DNA of 64,000 nt from the IMG/VR virus record IMGVR_UViG_3300042010_000106, positions 248,326 through 312,325 of that record, one strand, 5' to 3'. The notes below the pieces were generated by a model that searched no databases, was not told the origin of the DNA, and saw only the letters and a program-made list of their open reading frames with translations. Positions 1 to 9,143 of the stretch are shown piece after piece. The first letter of the stretch is position 1; each line of letters starts with the position of its first letter. The translations under genes and the position numbers were made by a program.

Positions 1-448
1 CAGACATACCAATGCCGTGCGTGCCAGCCGACGTTTTATACGCCTTGTCATTGAATTTTGCGCCTGCGTGAGTGCGGGTATACGCCGCTGTCATGATCGA
101 AATCTTTTCGCCAGACTTCAGCGTTTTCATTTCGAGCGGAATACCACCAGCGCAGTCAGCCACAATGAAAATGTCGGTGTCGTAGTTCAGAATCACTTCG
201 ATGATTTTGTTACGACCGGCAATGTGTTCATCGTATGCGTTATCTACAGCCTCTTTCACACAGCGATAAGCCATGAATGGGCCGAGGTCGCCGAGATACA
301 TTGACGGGTTTAAACGCAGACCGTCCAAGCCTTCCGCAATTTGGAATCCGTCTTGCGTTGCGCTGTCTTTCTTGTTGGCCTTTTTAACACCCTCGGCAAT
401 CTTTGTTTTCTTCGTTGCCTTTTCGACCGGGGCCGATTTCTTAGCCAT
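1..448 (-). CDS. gyrB: Type II topoisomerase / gyrase B-like ATPase subunit, N-terminal part (runs off the left edge)
   Basis: Manual translation from ATG at 448 gives LRLNPSMYLG, KEAVDNAYDE, VADCAGGIP, THAGAKF and SAGTHGIG, the GHKL motifs of GyrB/ParE. Absent from the ORF track because it is truncated. Confidence 0.9.
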   Translation of the reverse strand, partial: MAKKSAPVEKATKKTKIAEGVKKANKKDSATQDGFQIAEGLDGLRLNPSMYLGDLGPFMAYRCVKEAVDNAYDEHIAGRNKIIEVILNYDTDIFIVADCAGGIPLEMKTLKSGEKISIMTAAYTRTHAGAKFNDKAYKTSAGTHGIGMS

Positions 449-645
449 CAGTAAAATTCCTCTTCTGCAATGCGACTGCGCAGAATGTCGTAGTAGACGT
501 GCATGGCCTCAAGCTGTTTCAGGATTCGCCGTTGTCCACCGCTATGAATGGTTTTGTATTCGGGGCCGTCGAATACTGCTTGCAAACGTTTCATTTCTTT
601 TTCGAGGTTTGCTTTTTCAGCAAGCATCAATTCTTGTGTGGTCAT
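448..645 (-). CDS. Small coiled-coil phage protein (crAss001_48-like)
   Basis: 65 aa; C-terminal LKQLEAMHVYYDILRSRI pattern; stop/start overlaps with both neighbours. Confidence 0.6.
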   Translation of the reverse strand: MTTQELMLAEKANLEKEMKRLQAVFDGPEYKTIHSGGQRRILKQLEAMHVYYDILRSRIAEEEFY

Positions 646-1073
646 TGCTTGGTCGCCTTTGGTTTGCGTGCACGGGGCTTGCTCGGTTTCTTTGCAGCCA
701 TACCGCCGACATCCAAAGACGCGGCCACTTCAGCCTTCGCTGCTGCTTTTACTTTGGGAGACTTGCGTTTCTTTTTGACCTTAACCGCAGGCATTTCGCT
801 TTCGAGTTGGGTCAAACCAATCTTGAACATTTCCGAATGGTTAGCACCTGCGTCCGAAGCCACACGGATAATTCCGCTTTCTGTTTTCTCAATGATCAGG
901 AACGTTCCCGATTGCGGATGTTTGACGACCGTTGTGTATGTGGTGCCGTCTTTGTGTGTATTGCTGCGATGAAAAGTATCATCGTGGCGGGTGTGTGGGT
1001 GTGAATAGAAGCTGCCAACAATGGCGTGCATCACTTCGCGAGTGTTCAACTTGCCAATCAATTGCGTAAGCAT
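642..1073 (-). CDS. Hypothetical protein with Lys/Ala-rich C-terminal tail
   Basis: 143 aa; AGGAGG RBS upstream; lies downstream of an ACTGTAAA motif. Confidence 0.7.
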   Translation of the reverse strand: MLTQLIGKLNTREVMHAIVGSFYSHPHTRHDDTFHRSNTHKDGTTYTTVVKHPQSGTFLIIEKTESGIIRVASDAGANHSEMFKIGLTQLESEMPAVKVKKKRKSPKVKAAAKAEVAASLDVGGMAAKKPSKPRARKPKATKQ

Positions 1074-1102
1074 AAAGAATTCCTCCTTTCGTATAGGAGT
1101 TA

Positions 1103-1110
1103 TTTACAGT
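1103..1110 (-). promoter_or_regulatory. ACTGTAAA phage promoter motif
   Basis: Same 8-mer recurs upstream of many replication genes. Confidence 0.65.
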
Positions 1111-1126
1111 TTTTCGGCCCTATATG

Positions 1127-1160
1127 AAAAAGCCCCCGAATCCATTAAGGAAACGAGGGC
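1127..1160 (-). terminator. Intrinsic terminator; near-identical copy at 42345-42376
   Basis: Minus strand GCCCTCG...CGGGGGC-TTTTT directly after the stop at 1165. Confidence 0.7.
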
Positions 1161-1164
1161 CATT

Positions 1165-1635
1165 TTATTTCAGGTATTCCATCCAATTCTCGAAATACTT
1201 CGTCAACTGGTCACTGCGTTTGTGTGTACGCTTGTGGGCGTGCAGGAAATCCCTTTGGTTTTGTTTCTTGTCTGCAATGAGCATGAACCGCAAATCCTCA
1301 AGAAGAGGGCCAACGGCTTCACTGATTTCGTCCTGCGTCCAACTGTCTGTGTGTGGTTTGCACAGATAAGCATTTGCCGCACGGCGGTAATCCAAAGCCA
1401 ACACCAATGCAGCAGAGTTAACCTTTGGATCGTTCCCGATTTTGTCGATGAACATTGTGTATTCTGCGTCACCCTGCAAAAGCGGATGCAAACAGAATGC
1501 AGCTTTCACATAATCTTTTGCACCGAGTTCCGTAAGGATTTCAATGCCTTCGTCAATGTGATTCATCAACGGGATTCCGCTGCGTCTTGCACAGCGGTCG
1601 CCGTAGTATTCTGAAATCAGTTGATGCTCATACAT
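1165..1635 (-). CDS. Degenerate HD-domain (SpoT/MESH1 hydrolase-like) protein
   Basis: RRSGIPLMNH, AAFCLHP and IADK resemble SGxPYxxH / AALLHD / LADK; the HD Asp is replaced by Pro; start chosen at MYEHQ. Confidence 0.45.
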   Translation of the reverse strand: MYEHQLISEYYGDRCARRSGIPLMNHIDEGIEILTELGAKDYVKAAFCLHPLLQGDAEYTMFIDKIGNDPKVNSAALVLALDYRRAANAYLCKPHTDSWTQDEISEAVGPLLEDLRFMLIADKKQNQRDFLHAHKRTHKRSDQLTKYFENWMEYLK

Positions 1636-1645
1636 GACAGTGCCC

Positions 1646-1885
1646 TTAGTTGCAGCGTTCCGGCAGCAACGTTTCTTTGTTGATTTTTGCAGTGTATTCC
1701 TTCGGGCCGATACGTAAGTACACAATACCGTCAGCACACCGCAAGTCACTGTTTTTGATTTCGTAAATCTTGATGTACTCAGTTTTGCTTTCCATCGTGG
1801 CGCGGGTGACAATTTCGTCAGACCCACCACAACCGGCCAGCGCCATGAACGCGATCAACAATACAAAACCGATTGCGCATTTCAT
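1646..1885 (-). CDS. Small lipoprotein
   Basis: MK, hydrophobic stretch, then lipobox LAGC. Confidence 0.7.
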   Translation of the reverse strand: MKCAIGFVLLIAFMALAGCGGSDEIVTRATMESKTEYIKIYEIKNSDLRCADGIVYLRIGPKEYTAKINKETLLPERCN

Positions 1886-3054
1886 CAGTCAGCCGCCTGT
1901 GCTTTCTTGACGGTTTTTTCCAGAAGCTTTTTGATCGTCTTCGGCAATTCTTTACCCGTGAAGTGGTATGCGAATGCTTCGGCGAAAAGTTCCTGTACGC
2001 TGGTCTTGGCGTATTCCGAAATCAGCGAATCGGAATGCGAGATTGCCGCGCTGGTCGGCCAGATGGCGCTGAGTGCCTTGCTGTTTTGGTTCAGCAGGAT
2101 ATTCAAATCTTCCGGCGACATTTTGTGGATCTTTTTCAGATACGCGAGCGCATCTTTGAACATTGCCAGTTCGTCTTCTTCGATGTCGCTTTGGAATTCG
2201 CGAACCGATTGCTGCGAAGAAACCAGTGCAGTGCAAAGGTCTTCCATTTCGGATTTCTTTGCCTTGGTCACTTTGGTTTGTTCGTTGTAGATTTCCAGCC
2301 ACTCGGAACGAGTCTTTTCATCAACGAAACGATACCACACAGCGTGGCCGAGTTCGTGCATGAAAATGTATTGGTTGTACAGTTGATCGTTCAGAACTTT
2401 CGGGTGCAGTTTGATGATGTCCTCTGCGCTACCCGATTTGAAACTGACTTGATACGAACCGGCCCACTTGCCTTTTGGATTGTGGACTTCGATGCGCTGA
2501 ATCGGCAGAACTTTCGACAGGCCCATGTCGCCCATCTTGGCTACGACTTTCTTGATCGCTACTTTGATAGCTTTCTTTTCGTCGTCGTCAGTTTTGCGGA
2601 AATAGTGCATAGGGCCGAGGTCGGTTTTGACTTCGCCGTAATGCAGAGTGATTTGCACACCGAATGCTGCGCCCGGTGCAGGATCTTTACCGATGTTTGC
2701 AATCAGTGTGTGTTCGTCGTATTCGAACGTTTGTGGCTCTTCACTGTGCAGCGTGTCTTCGATGTAGCAAGTGTTACGCTTCGGCGAATGGGCCAGTGCC
2801 AATTTGTTTTTCTTGCCTACGCGGACGATGATGTAATCGTCTTTTGCAACTTCGATCAGAACGCGGTCGCTCTTCACTTTGGCAACAGCAGTTTTGCCTT
2901 CGGTGTCGCCGCCGCTAACGTCCACAACTACGTCGCTGCTTTTCTTTTTCTTTTTGGTCGGCACGTCAAGGTCGAGTTTCTTTTTCTTCACCAGCACTTT
3001 ACCGCTCGATTCCTTGTTCTTTTTCTTCTTCTTTTTCTTGATGTCATCAGACAT
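1885..3054 (-). CDS. Zincin-like metallopeptidase with poly-Lys N-terminus
   Basis: HELGH (HExxH) plus distal ELFAEAFA third-ligand motif; GGAG RBS before MSDDIKK. Confidence 0.75.
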   Translation of the reverse strand: MSDDIKKKKKKKNKESSGKVLVKKKKLDLDVPTKKKKKSSDVVVDVSGGDTEGKTAVAKVKSDRVLIEVAKDDYIIVRVGKKNKLALAHSPKRNTCYIEDTLHSEEPQTFEYDEHTLIANIGKDPAPGAAFGVQITLHYGEVKTDLGPMHYFRKTDDDEKKAIKVAIKKVVAKMGDMGLSKVLPIQRIEVHNPKGKWAGSYQVSFKSGSAEDIIKLHPKVLNDQLYNQYIFMHELGHAVWYRFVDEKTRSEWLEIYNEQTKVTKAKKSEMEDLCTALVSSQQSVREFQSDIEEDELAMFKDALAYLKKIHKMSPEDLNILLNQNSKALSAIWPTSAAISHSDSLISEYAKTSVQELFAEAFAYHFTGKELPKTIKKLLEKTVKKAQAAD

Positions 3055-3334
3055 TGGTATTCTCCAAAGGTTTTGTGTAGGGTATGCCTGTTTTGGCATG
3101 AAAGAATTTTGCGTTTGGATCAGGCTTGGTTAGCAATTCGTGGGAGTAGAATGAATCCCCATCACTAATGGGTCGCGATAATATACCGCCTTCAAGTTCT
3201 ATATCCCGCACCTCGATAACAGCGTGTGGATTGTTTTTCCAGTCTGTATTTTTCCAACGAGAGCCTACGATCCAACCGCCTGCAAATTGTACAGGTTCGT
3301 TTTTTGCGTTGTAGGAATTTCGCCACACCTGCAT
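3047..3334 (-). CDS. Hypothetical protein
   Basis: 95 aa ORF; GGAG RBS; in operon. Confidence 0.6.
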   Translation of the reverse strand: MQVWRNSYNAKNEPVQFAGGWIVGSRWKNTDWKNNPHAVIEVRDIELEGGILSRPISDGDSFYSHELLTKPDPNAKFFHAKTGIPYTKPLENTNV

Positions 3335-3354
3335 TAGCTACTCTCCAGAGTTTT

Positions 3355-3858
3355 TCAGTCGCAAATATCTTTGAGGCCGTCGCCAATCGCGCTGACACAT
3401 TCACCGGCTGTTTCGACTGTGCTGTTAATACCGTTGCCGATAGAACGCACAATGCCTTCTGCCAAATTAAGCAGGCCGTAACCATCAACAACTGGCGCAC
3501 TGGACTGCGAAGACGACATAGACAGAGCCGAGTTATTTTGTGGCGCGTTACGCTCACGGTATTCCTTGCGGGATTGCTCAATCGAAATCTTTTCTTGAGC
3601 AACGTACGCGACCGGATCAAAACTTTCGTGACCGACAACAGTTACCAGAAGCTTTTCGGCTTGGTAATGGCACGGACGATCCCACGCAATGTAGCCGCAA
3701 ATTTCGTTGTATTTTTGTTCGTCGATGAATTCCCAATCACCCCAACCCGCTGCCAATTCTTCGGCAGTGAATTCTTCGCGACGACTGCTGTACCAAATAT
3801 TTCTGTCCCACGAACGATAGCGGTACAGGTATTCAACGTCGCTTTGTTTTTCAACCAT
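3355..3858 (-). CDS. Hypothetical protein
   Basis: GAGG RBS before MVEKQ; overlaps the upstream stop. Confidence 0.6.
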   Translation of the reverse strand: MVEKQSDVEYLYRYRSWDRNIWYSSRREEFTAEELAAGWGDWEFIDEQKYNEICGYIAWDRPCHYQAEKLLVTVVGHESFDPVAYVAQEKISIEQSRKEYRERNAPQNNSALSMSSSQSSAPVVDGYGLLNLAEGIVRSIGNGINSTVETAGECVSAIGDGLKDICD

Positions 3859-4483
3859 TTGCCACCTCTTTGGCGGCAAGGGCCGCGATTTCTTTTGTCA
3901 GGAAACCATTCAACAGAATTTCGTTTTCGGTGATGCCCATGTAATCGAACTGGATTCCGTTGTTGAACTGGAACAGACCACCCGGCGTCATTTTCGAATT
4001 GAAATTCTCTACGTCTTTATCCCACGTGTAACCGTTGGTGCCGATGTAGTGAATCATGATCGGGTATTTGCTGCGGTTTTCGGTGTTGGCATTCAGGTTG
4101 CCATAACCGTAGACCAGATAAACGTTTCCGTTTTCATGGGTGTATGTGCTGCCGATGGTTGGCAAGTCATCCATGTAAACGGTTTGATCGCCGACAGTGG
4201 CATAACGCGGGATGAACACCACGTAGTTTTCCAAGTCGTGCGCATAAATGATTTCTGTTTTGTTGGTGCCTTGCGCTTTGATCGCGATTACAGCTTCGTC
4301 GGCTGCTACGCATTCGAACAGAGCGTTGTCGGTTTTGCGTTTCAACCAATGCACGTTCGGACGGCACAGCGCGTATTGCAAAACCCCGTTAGAAACAACC
4401 GGGTTGTAAATATTGTGGATTGCATTGAGAGCCAATGCTTCTTGGATCAAACTGTTTACTTGCTCTTCGGTGTACTTGATCAT
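3851..4483 (-). CDS. Hypothetical protein with DUF1653-like domain
   Basis: YTHENGNVYLV...IHY...GYTW...F pattern; start MIKYT downstream of ACTGTAAA at 4529-4536. Confidence 0.5.
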   Translation of the reverse strand: MIKYTEEQVNSLIQEALALNAIHNIYNPVVSNGVLQYALCRPNVHWLKRKTDNALFECVAADEAVIAIKAQGTNKTEIIYAHDLENYVVFIPRYATVGDQTVYMDDLPTIGSTYTHENGNVYLVYGYGNLNANTENRSKYPIMIHYIGTNGYTWDKDVENFNSKMTPGGLFQFNNGIQFDYMGITENEILLNGFLTKEIAALAAKEVANG

Positions 4484-4529
4484 ACGTTGCCTTTTTATGT
4501 GGATTGGGCACTCGCCCTTTGTCCTCAAT

Positions 4530-5462
4530 TTACAGTTTTTTCGCTTTGGAATAGCCGTCGAGAATATCCGCCAATCCTTTTGCAATTGCGTTATGGCCTT
4601 TATCGCTGTCGTCGTACAGAGTACGCAGCAAACGTGCATCACAATTCAACATTTCAACAGGCTGCTTTTCATAACGCGTCTGGAAAGCCATCAGTTCTAA
4701 GCGTTCGTGTATTTCGTTGAGGCCGTTTCTCTCATAGTAGCGGGCGTCCGGGGTTGTGACGGGGCCGCAAAACAAAAGCATGCGCGCCTCTTTGACGATT
4801 TCTTTTACGGCTTCATTCACTTTTAAGCCACGGTCACGGATAAGCTGATCTTCGATTATGTTGAAGTGTTCACCACGTTTGTCAGCGGTCGCAATGTCGG
4901 GCGTTTTATCCGCACGTACATTCTTCAGGTGCATATTTGCTGCGTGGATAATCTGCTTTGTCTGTTTCTCTACAGCCATGCCGTACGTAAGTGTACGTAA
5001 GTTCTTTTTATCTGTGAGAATTGTCAGGCCAGCGGTAGGATGCTTGCTTGTCCAATCTTTCAGGAAAATAAGCCCCTGCTTTTTCAGAGGTGCCTTTATC
5101 ACAGATTTTTTCCACGTGCGTTCGTACCATTTTGCAGACAGGAAAACGTACTCACGGCCATTCAAAAAAACCGCGTCACCAAACCATGACATGATATAAC
5201 GGCGTTTTTCAATGTAGTCGAGGTTTCGCAGGTCGAAAATGTCCACGATCTTTTTCGCGTGGTCTATCGCACTATTTCGGATGTCTTCGGGCACGCCGAA
5301 CAGCCGATCTTTCGCATTTTTAAATTGCGGGCCACCGTCTGTATATGTGTGCAGTAGCAAAGCTTTGTGAAGCGCTTGCTGGTGGTCTACAAACTTCTCT
5401 TCTAAATCACCGAGCGTAGCGCCGCTAACGACGGTGTTAAAAATGGGCAAATAAACTTTCAT
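4530..5462 (-). CDS. Orphan 310-aa protein directly downstream of the structured non-coding element
   Basis: Long ORF with AGGA RBS; no motif recognised. Confidence 0.75.
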   Translation of the reverse strand: MKVYLPIFNTVVSGATLGDLEEKFVDHQQALHKALLLHTYTDGGPQFKNAKDRLFGVPEDIRNSAIDHAKKIVDIFDLRNLDYIEKRRYIMSWFGDAVFLNGREYVFLSAKWYERTWKKSVIKAPLKKQGLIFLKDWTSKHPTAGLTILTDKKNLRTLTYGMAVEKQTKQIIHAANMHLKNVRADKTPDIATADKRGEHFNIIEDQLIRDRGLKVNEAVKEIVKEARMLLFCGPVTTPDARYYERNGLNEIHERLELMAFQTRYEKQPVEMLNCDARLLRTLYDDSDKGHNAIAKGLADILDGYSKAKKL

Positions 5463-5972
5463 GAATTTCCTAAGTCTTTATCAATGGTTGGTGCGCAGGC
5501 CGGTGGGTCGGCTTTGGGAAAGGGGGCGGGCGGCAGGTGGGGATAGGGCGCCTTTCGGCGCTGTTATCGTTAGGAACGTAGTGACTAGATAACGAGCTGC
5601 CTTTGATCCAGAAAAGACTTATGGTTCGTTTTATGGAACATAAAATTCGGACACAATATGCCATTGAAAAATCACAGAAGGCATGCAAAGCACACGCTCT
5701 TTCAAAGCTTTTCTTGTGGGGCTGCTGGGGGCTGCTCTTGCACTCGCATCTGCTGTCCCTTCGGGACGACAGGCTTGTTCGCTTCGCTCCCTCGCCTGTC
5801 TTTCTTTCGCTTCGCTCCAGCCTTTCTCGCAAGCTCGAAAGAGCAAACGCAATTCGTTCGAAGCTGGTTGAACCGCAAAGGAAGCAATGGCTCACTACGT
5901 TCGGGGTCGTTTCAAAACGCATACGTTCTGAACCTCCATTCCGCGCCGAGTACACATCCCCCAATTTACAGT
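5463..5972. other. Structured non-coding element (candidate replication origin or structured leader/ncRNA)
   Basis: Multiple hairpins, direct repeat TTCGCTTCGCTCC (5778, 5806), inverted repeat GAACGTAGTGA (5574/5892), G-tracts, no convincing CDS. Confidence 0.6.
5965..5972 (-). promoter_or_regulatory. ACTGTAAA motif pointing into the structured element
   Basis: Exact match to the recurrent motif, AT-rich flank. Confidence 0.6.
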
Positions 5973-6167
5973 ATTAAAAAGGTCGATATTTTTGAGCCAA
6001 AAAGAAACGGTTTTACCTAATGAAAGCTTGTGTATTAACGCATTAATAAAAAACATGGGGTCACGGGAGAGCGAAAAACACGTGTATTTTTGCAGCGTAG
6101 ACGCTCAGGATTACAGGTTCGCAAATCATTTGTGTATTTTCCTAATAAAAACCAAATAAAAGGCAAT

Positions 6168-6194
6168 AAAAAAGGGAACCGTTTGGCTCCCTTT
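6168..6194 (-). terminator. Intrinsic terminator
   Basis: GGGAGCC-AAAC-GGTTCCC-TTTTTT on the minus strand after the stop at 6213. Confidence 0.7.
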
Positions 6195-6212
6195 AGGTAA
6201 GGCAATGAAAGA

Positions 6213-6998
6213 TTAGGACTTGCTGGCTGTGAAATACGCACTCAATTCCTGAAGGTTGCTTTCAGGTTTGCGTTTCCATTCACCATGCGAAACCACTTGC
6301 GGTGCCAATGGGCAGGGGTCTTCTTTGTACAAAAGGCGTTTGCAAACCTCATGCAAAAGATTAACCAATTGCCCATCGGTTATATCAAAACTCCAACCGG
6401 TTTGGCCGAAGTCGAATTGCAAAGCCAAGCGCGGTTCCTGATTAACCACTTCAGGTTCAGCAATTGCCTCTGTGACAGCCGGTGCCGGATTGAAGAAATC
6501 ATAAACTGCTTTGTTGATGGATTCACCAACAGGCAGACCATCGTGCGTTTCGAAAACTTCTTTGCCGGGATTCAATTCGGCCACACGTGATTCAATGGTC
6601 TGTTCCGTGTCGTACGTGGCGTCAACCATTTCACGATAACCCGGTGCCTGACCTTTCCACACGTCCACGCCTTCAATGGTCACGCGCAGCTTTTCAGAGC
6701 CGTACATGTCCACGTTGATAACGGTTTCGTCATCGTTCCAATTGAATGTGCGGATAGCTGCCGCTGTAGACTTCAGCTTGTGTTTATTTTTCAAACGCTT
6801 CAGGATTTCGTGTTTCACACCATCCCAAATTTTACCGAACGCAGCAGAATCGCTGTCGTGAATAACCTTCGCCAGCTTTTCGCCAGTCTGGTTACTCATG
6901 AACGGCATAATCATACGCAGCATTGCACTACGTTTTGCATCGCCTTTACGGCCCCGTGCAATTGCGATCATGTTTGACGCAATCAGTTTTTCGTTCAT
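6213..6998 (-). CDS. Hypothetical protein
   Basis: 261 aa; ATGA overlap with the upstream gene. Confidence 0.75.
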   Translation of the reverse strand: MNEKLIASNMIAIARGRKGDAKRSAMLRMIMPFMSNQTGEKLAKVIHDSDSAAFGKIWDGVKHEILKRLKNKHKLKSTAAAIRTFNWNDDETVINVDMYGSEKLRVTIEGVDVWKGQAPGYREMVDATYDTEQTIESRVAELNPGKEVFETHDGLPVGESINKAVYDFFNPAPAVTEAIAEPEVVNQEPRLALQFDFGQTGWSFDITDGQLVNLLHEVCKRLLYKEDPCPLAPQVVSHGEWKRKPESNLQELSAYFTASKS

Positions 6999-7498
6999 GG
7001 TTGGTACTCAAAATCAACAGGTTTTATTTGGTGGCCGTGCGTAACCACAGAGCATTCCAAAGCCGCACGAACATCCGGCACTAGGTCTGCTTTAGACAGG
7101 CTATGCAAAACAATGCGATTGACCGCACGCCCACGAATCAGTCTGGCCGCTCCCTGCACGTTATTCAAAAACAAATGATGCTTGTAGTTTTTAACCATCA
7201 CGACTTTATCCGCCGGGAAAATCTCGACAGTGTACCAGTCGAAAATAGGTACAACCTTTTCAGGCACTTCAGCTACTTTTGAATAACCGTCCTCAAACGC
7301 GGCTGCGGGACTGAACGACTGATAGCCATCCAGATACTGCACGAAATAACCGCCCACAAAAGGCTTATGTTTTTCCATGTAGTCAGCAGTAACGATCACG
7401 TACACGTTGGCATCAGCACTGATCAAGGAATTACCCACGATGCGGTCGATTTGAAAACCGTCCACTTCTTTGTGGCATTTCCAATGTGGCAGTTTCAT
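6995..7498 (-). CDS. Phage protein with GGY..Y.DGY.SFSP...FE.GY domain
   Basis: KPFVGGYFVQYLDGYQSFSPAAAFEDGY; AGGAGG RBS before MKLPH. Confidence 0.7.
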   Translation of the reverse strand: MKLPHWKCHKEVDGFQIDRIVGNSLISADANVYVIVTADYMEKHKPFVGGYFVQYLDGYQSFSPAAAFEDGYSKVAEVPEKVVPIFDWYTVEIFPADKVVMVKNYKHHLFLNNVQGAARLIRGRAVNRIVLHSLSKADLVPDVRAALECSVVTHGHQIKPVDFEYQP

Positions 7499-7499
7499 T

Positions 7500-7979
7500 T
7501 TATTCCTCCTTGAGTTTGTACATGAATTGCAGCGTGCCACCTTCTGGCGAACCGTGCATGATAGAACCGTCGCGGATTTCGAACAGAGACTGCGCGGCGT
7601 TGATACGATCACACATCGACGGGAAATCACCCGGACGCAAATCAATTTTCTGACCTTCTGGCTTGGTCACGAAAATATAAATGCAGCGGTCGGCCATGCC
7701 AATTTTTACACGGTCTTCGTGGCCTACCCACATTGCGAATTCATCGAGGCGCAGAAATTCTTCGCAAATCAGGAAACGCATGGTGGCGCTGCCGACAGAC
7801 AAAGCCACTTCCAAATCCTTTGCCATCCAGCCTTTGAAATCCACGTTGATTTCGCCGATGGTTTGCCCGCGCAGGAAATTCAGATTGTCGTCGTAGCGCA
7901 TGCTGAAAACATTGCCATCGCGTGTAGCAGGTTCGTCACGTTCATGCAAAACAACTTTGATTGGATTGAGGTCGGTCAT
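7500..7979 (-). CDS. Hypothetical protein
   Basis: 159 aa; tightly coupled in operon. Confidence 0.7.
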   Translation of the reverse strand: MTDLNPIKVVLHERDEPATRDGNVFSMRYDDNLNFLRGQTIGEINVDFKGWMAKDLEVALSVGSATMRFLICEEFLRLDEFAMWVGHEDRVKIGMADRCIYIFVTKPEGQKIDLRPGDFPSMCDRINAAQSLFEIRDGSIMHGSPEGGTLQFMYKLKEE

Positions 7980-9058
7980 CGCAGTTTATATCCTTTGGAA
8001 ATGTTGCGGAGAGGTTCGGTTGGTTGCAGAACACGTGTCGAGCAAACCCATTCAAGGCGGCGCTGGTCAGCAGTGATTTTCCGTTCAACGTCACGTACTT
8101 TCATGTACAGGCCGCGATCTGGAATGCAGATGATATCCCCTTCGTTAACGGCGCTCACTTCTGGCCCCAAAACAATTGGAATATCACTCATTGTCATAAG
8201 CCGATCGTAATCGAGTGTGGTGTTTTCCCCACCGATATTGCACAGCAGTTTTTGGATACCCATATCGAATTCAACAGAGACGTGGGTGAACCGCGAACTG
8301 ATTACTTTGACACGAATTGTTTTACCAGCATGACGGCGCAGGTCGGCAATCAGAATTGGCACGCCATCCATACGCAGCAGGCGCTCTTTCAACAATTGCA
8401 AATCGTTGCGAATGCTGTACGTGGCCGATGCAAAGAATTTCGGCACCAGAATATCGAACGCAACAAAACCTTGCGGATGTTCTTTATCCATTGAGTGCGG
8501 CGCACTGGTCGAATCAATGTGATAGCCATCAATTTGCGCAATGTTCAAATGCGTGAACAACCGGCGCTGCTGACCGTACATTGTGTAACCCGGTTGGCGC
8601 AGAGTGCGATAGCAGATACCACAATTCACAGAACCAGTTGCAACGCTGTCTTCGAATTCTTCCGCTTCCAGCACACCGAGAACGCCAGTGTTATCGCGTC
8701 CACCAGAAACGTCGAGGATTACATCGTCGTTCATGATTTTTTCGGCCATATCCAGACCAAAAATATCGTCGTCCTGCATATCCATTTCAATATCGTCAAT
8801 GAAACGATCTTTCTGCGGAATGACCGGCGCCATGTTTGAGTTTTCACCGCGTGGGATATTCGTTTGGAAACACGAACACGGACGGCCAACCAAACGGTTA
8901 ACCTGATACAGCGTTACTTCGACGGCATCAACCGCCAAACTATTTTGAACCTGATTGTTAAAAGCCTCAACCGTTTCCGTTAGGCGCGCTTGAGCTTGCT
9001 TGGGGATTACGTTGCGGGCGTGACGACGTGCATGTTTAGCTAGGCCCTTCTTGATCAT
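7976..9058 (-). CDS. Putative virion (head completion-like) protein with CxC...CxxC motif
   Basis: 360 aa; PCSC...NCGIC; preceded by TAATTT motif and GGAGG; function is inference. Confidence 0.45.
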   Translation of the reverse strand: MIKKGLAKHARRHARNVIPKQAQARLTETVEAFNNQVQNSLAVDAVEVTLYQVNRLVGRPCSCFQTNIPRGENSNMAPVIPQKDRFIDDIEMDMQDDDIFGLDMAEKIMNDDVILDVSGGRDNTGVLGVLEAEEFEDSVATGSVNCGICYRTLRQPGYTMYGQQRRLFTHLNIAQIDGYHIDSTSAPHSMDKEHPQGFVAFDILVPKFFASATYSIRNDLQLLKERLLRMDGVPILIADLRRHAGKTIRVKVISSRFTHVSVEFDMGIQKLLCNIGGENTTLDYDRLMTMSDIPIVLGPEVSAVNEGDIICIPDRGLYMKVRDVERKITADQRRLEWVCSTRVLQPTEPLRNISKGYKLR

Positions 9059-9079
9059 TGGTTGGCCCTCCTTTACGTT

Positions 9080-9118
9080 AAATTACGCCGCGAAAAACGA
9101 AAGTGTGGATAGTAATTC
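9080..9118. promoter_or_regulatory. Divergent TAATT(T/C) promoter motifs
   Basis: TAATTT on minus (9080-9085) and TAATTC on plus (9113-9118) between divergent genes. Confidence 0.45.
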
Positions 9119-9143
9119 AGTGGTATGACAAGGAGATTCGCCA

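Noticed and set aside
5740-5945. tRNA or retron msr/msd in the structured gap
   Set aside because: No cloverleaf with T-loop/D-loop consensus recognised, and no reverse transcriptase motif in neighbouring ORFs.
5470-6241. Overlapping ORFs 5470-5964, 5603-5977, 5631-5852, 5658-6020 and 6035-6241
   Set aside because: No clear RBS, atypical composition, mutually overlapping, and coincident with hairpins and repeats; better explained as non-coding.
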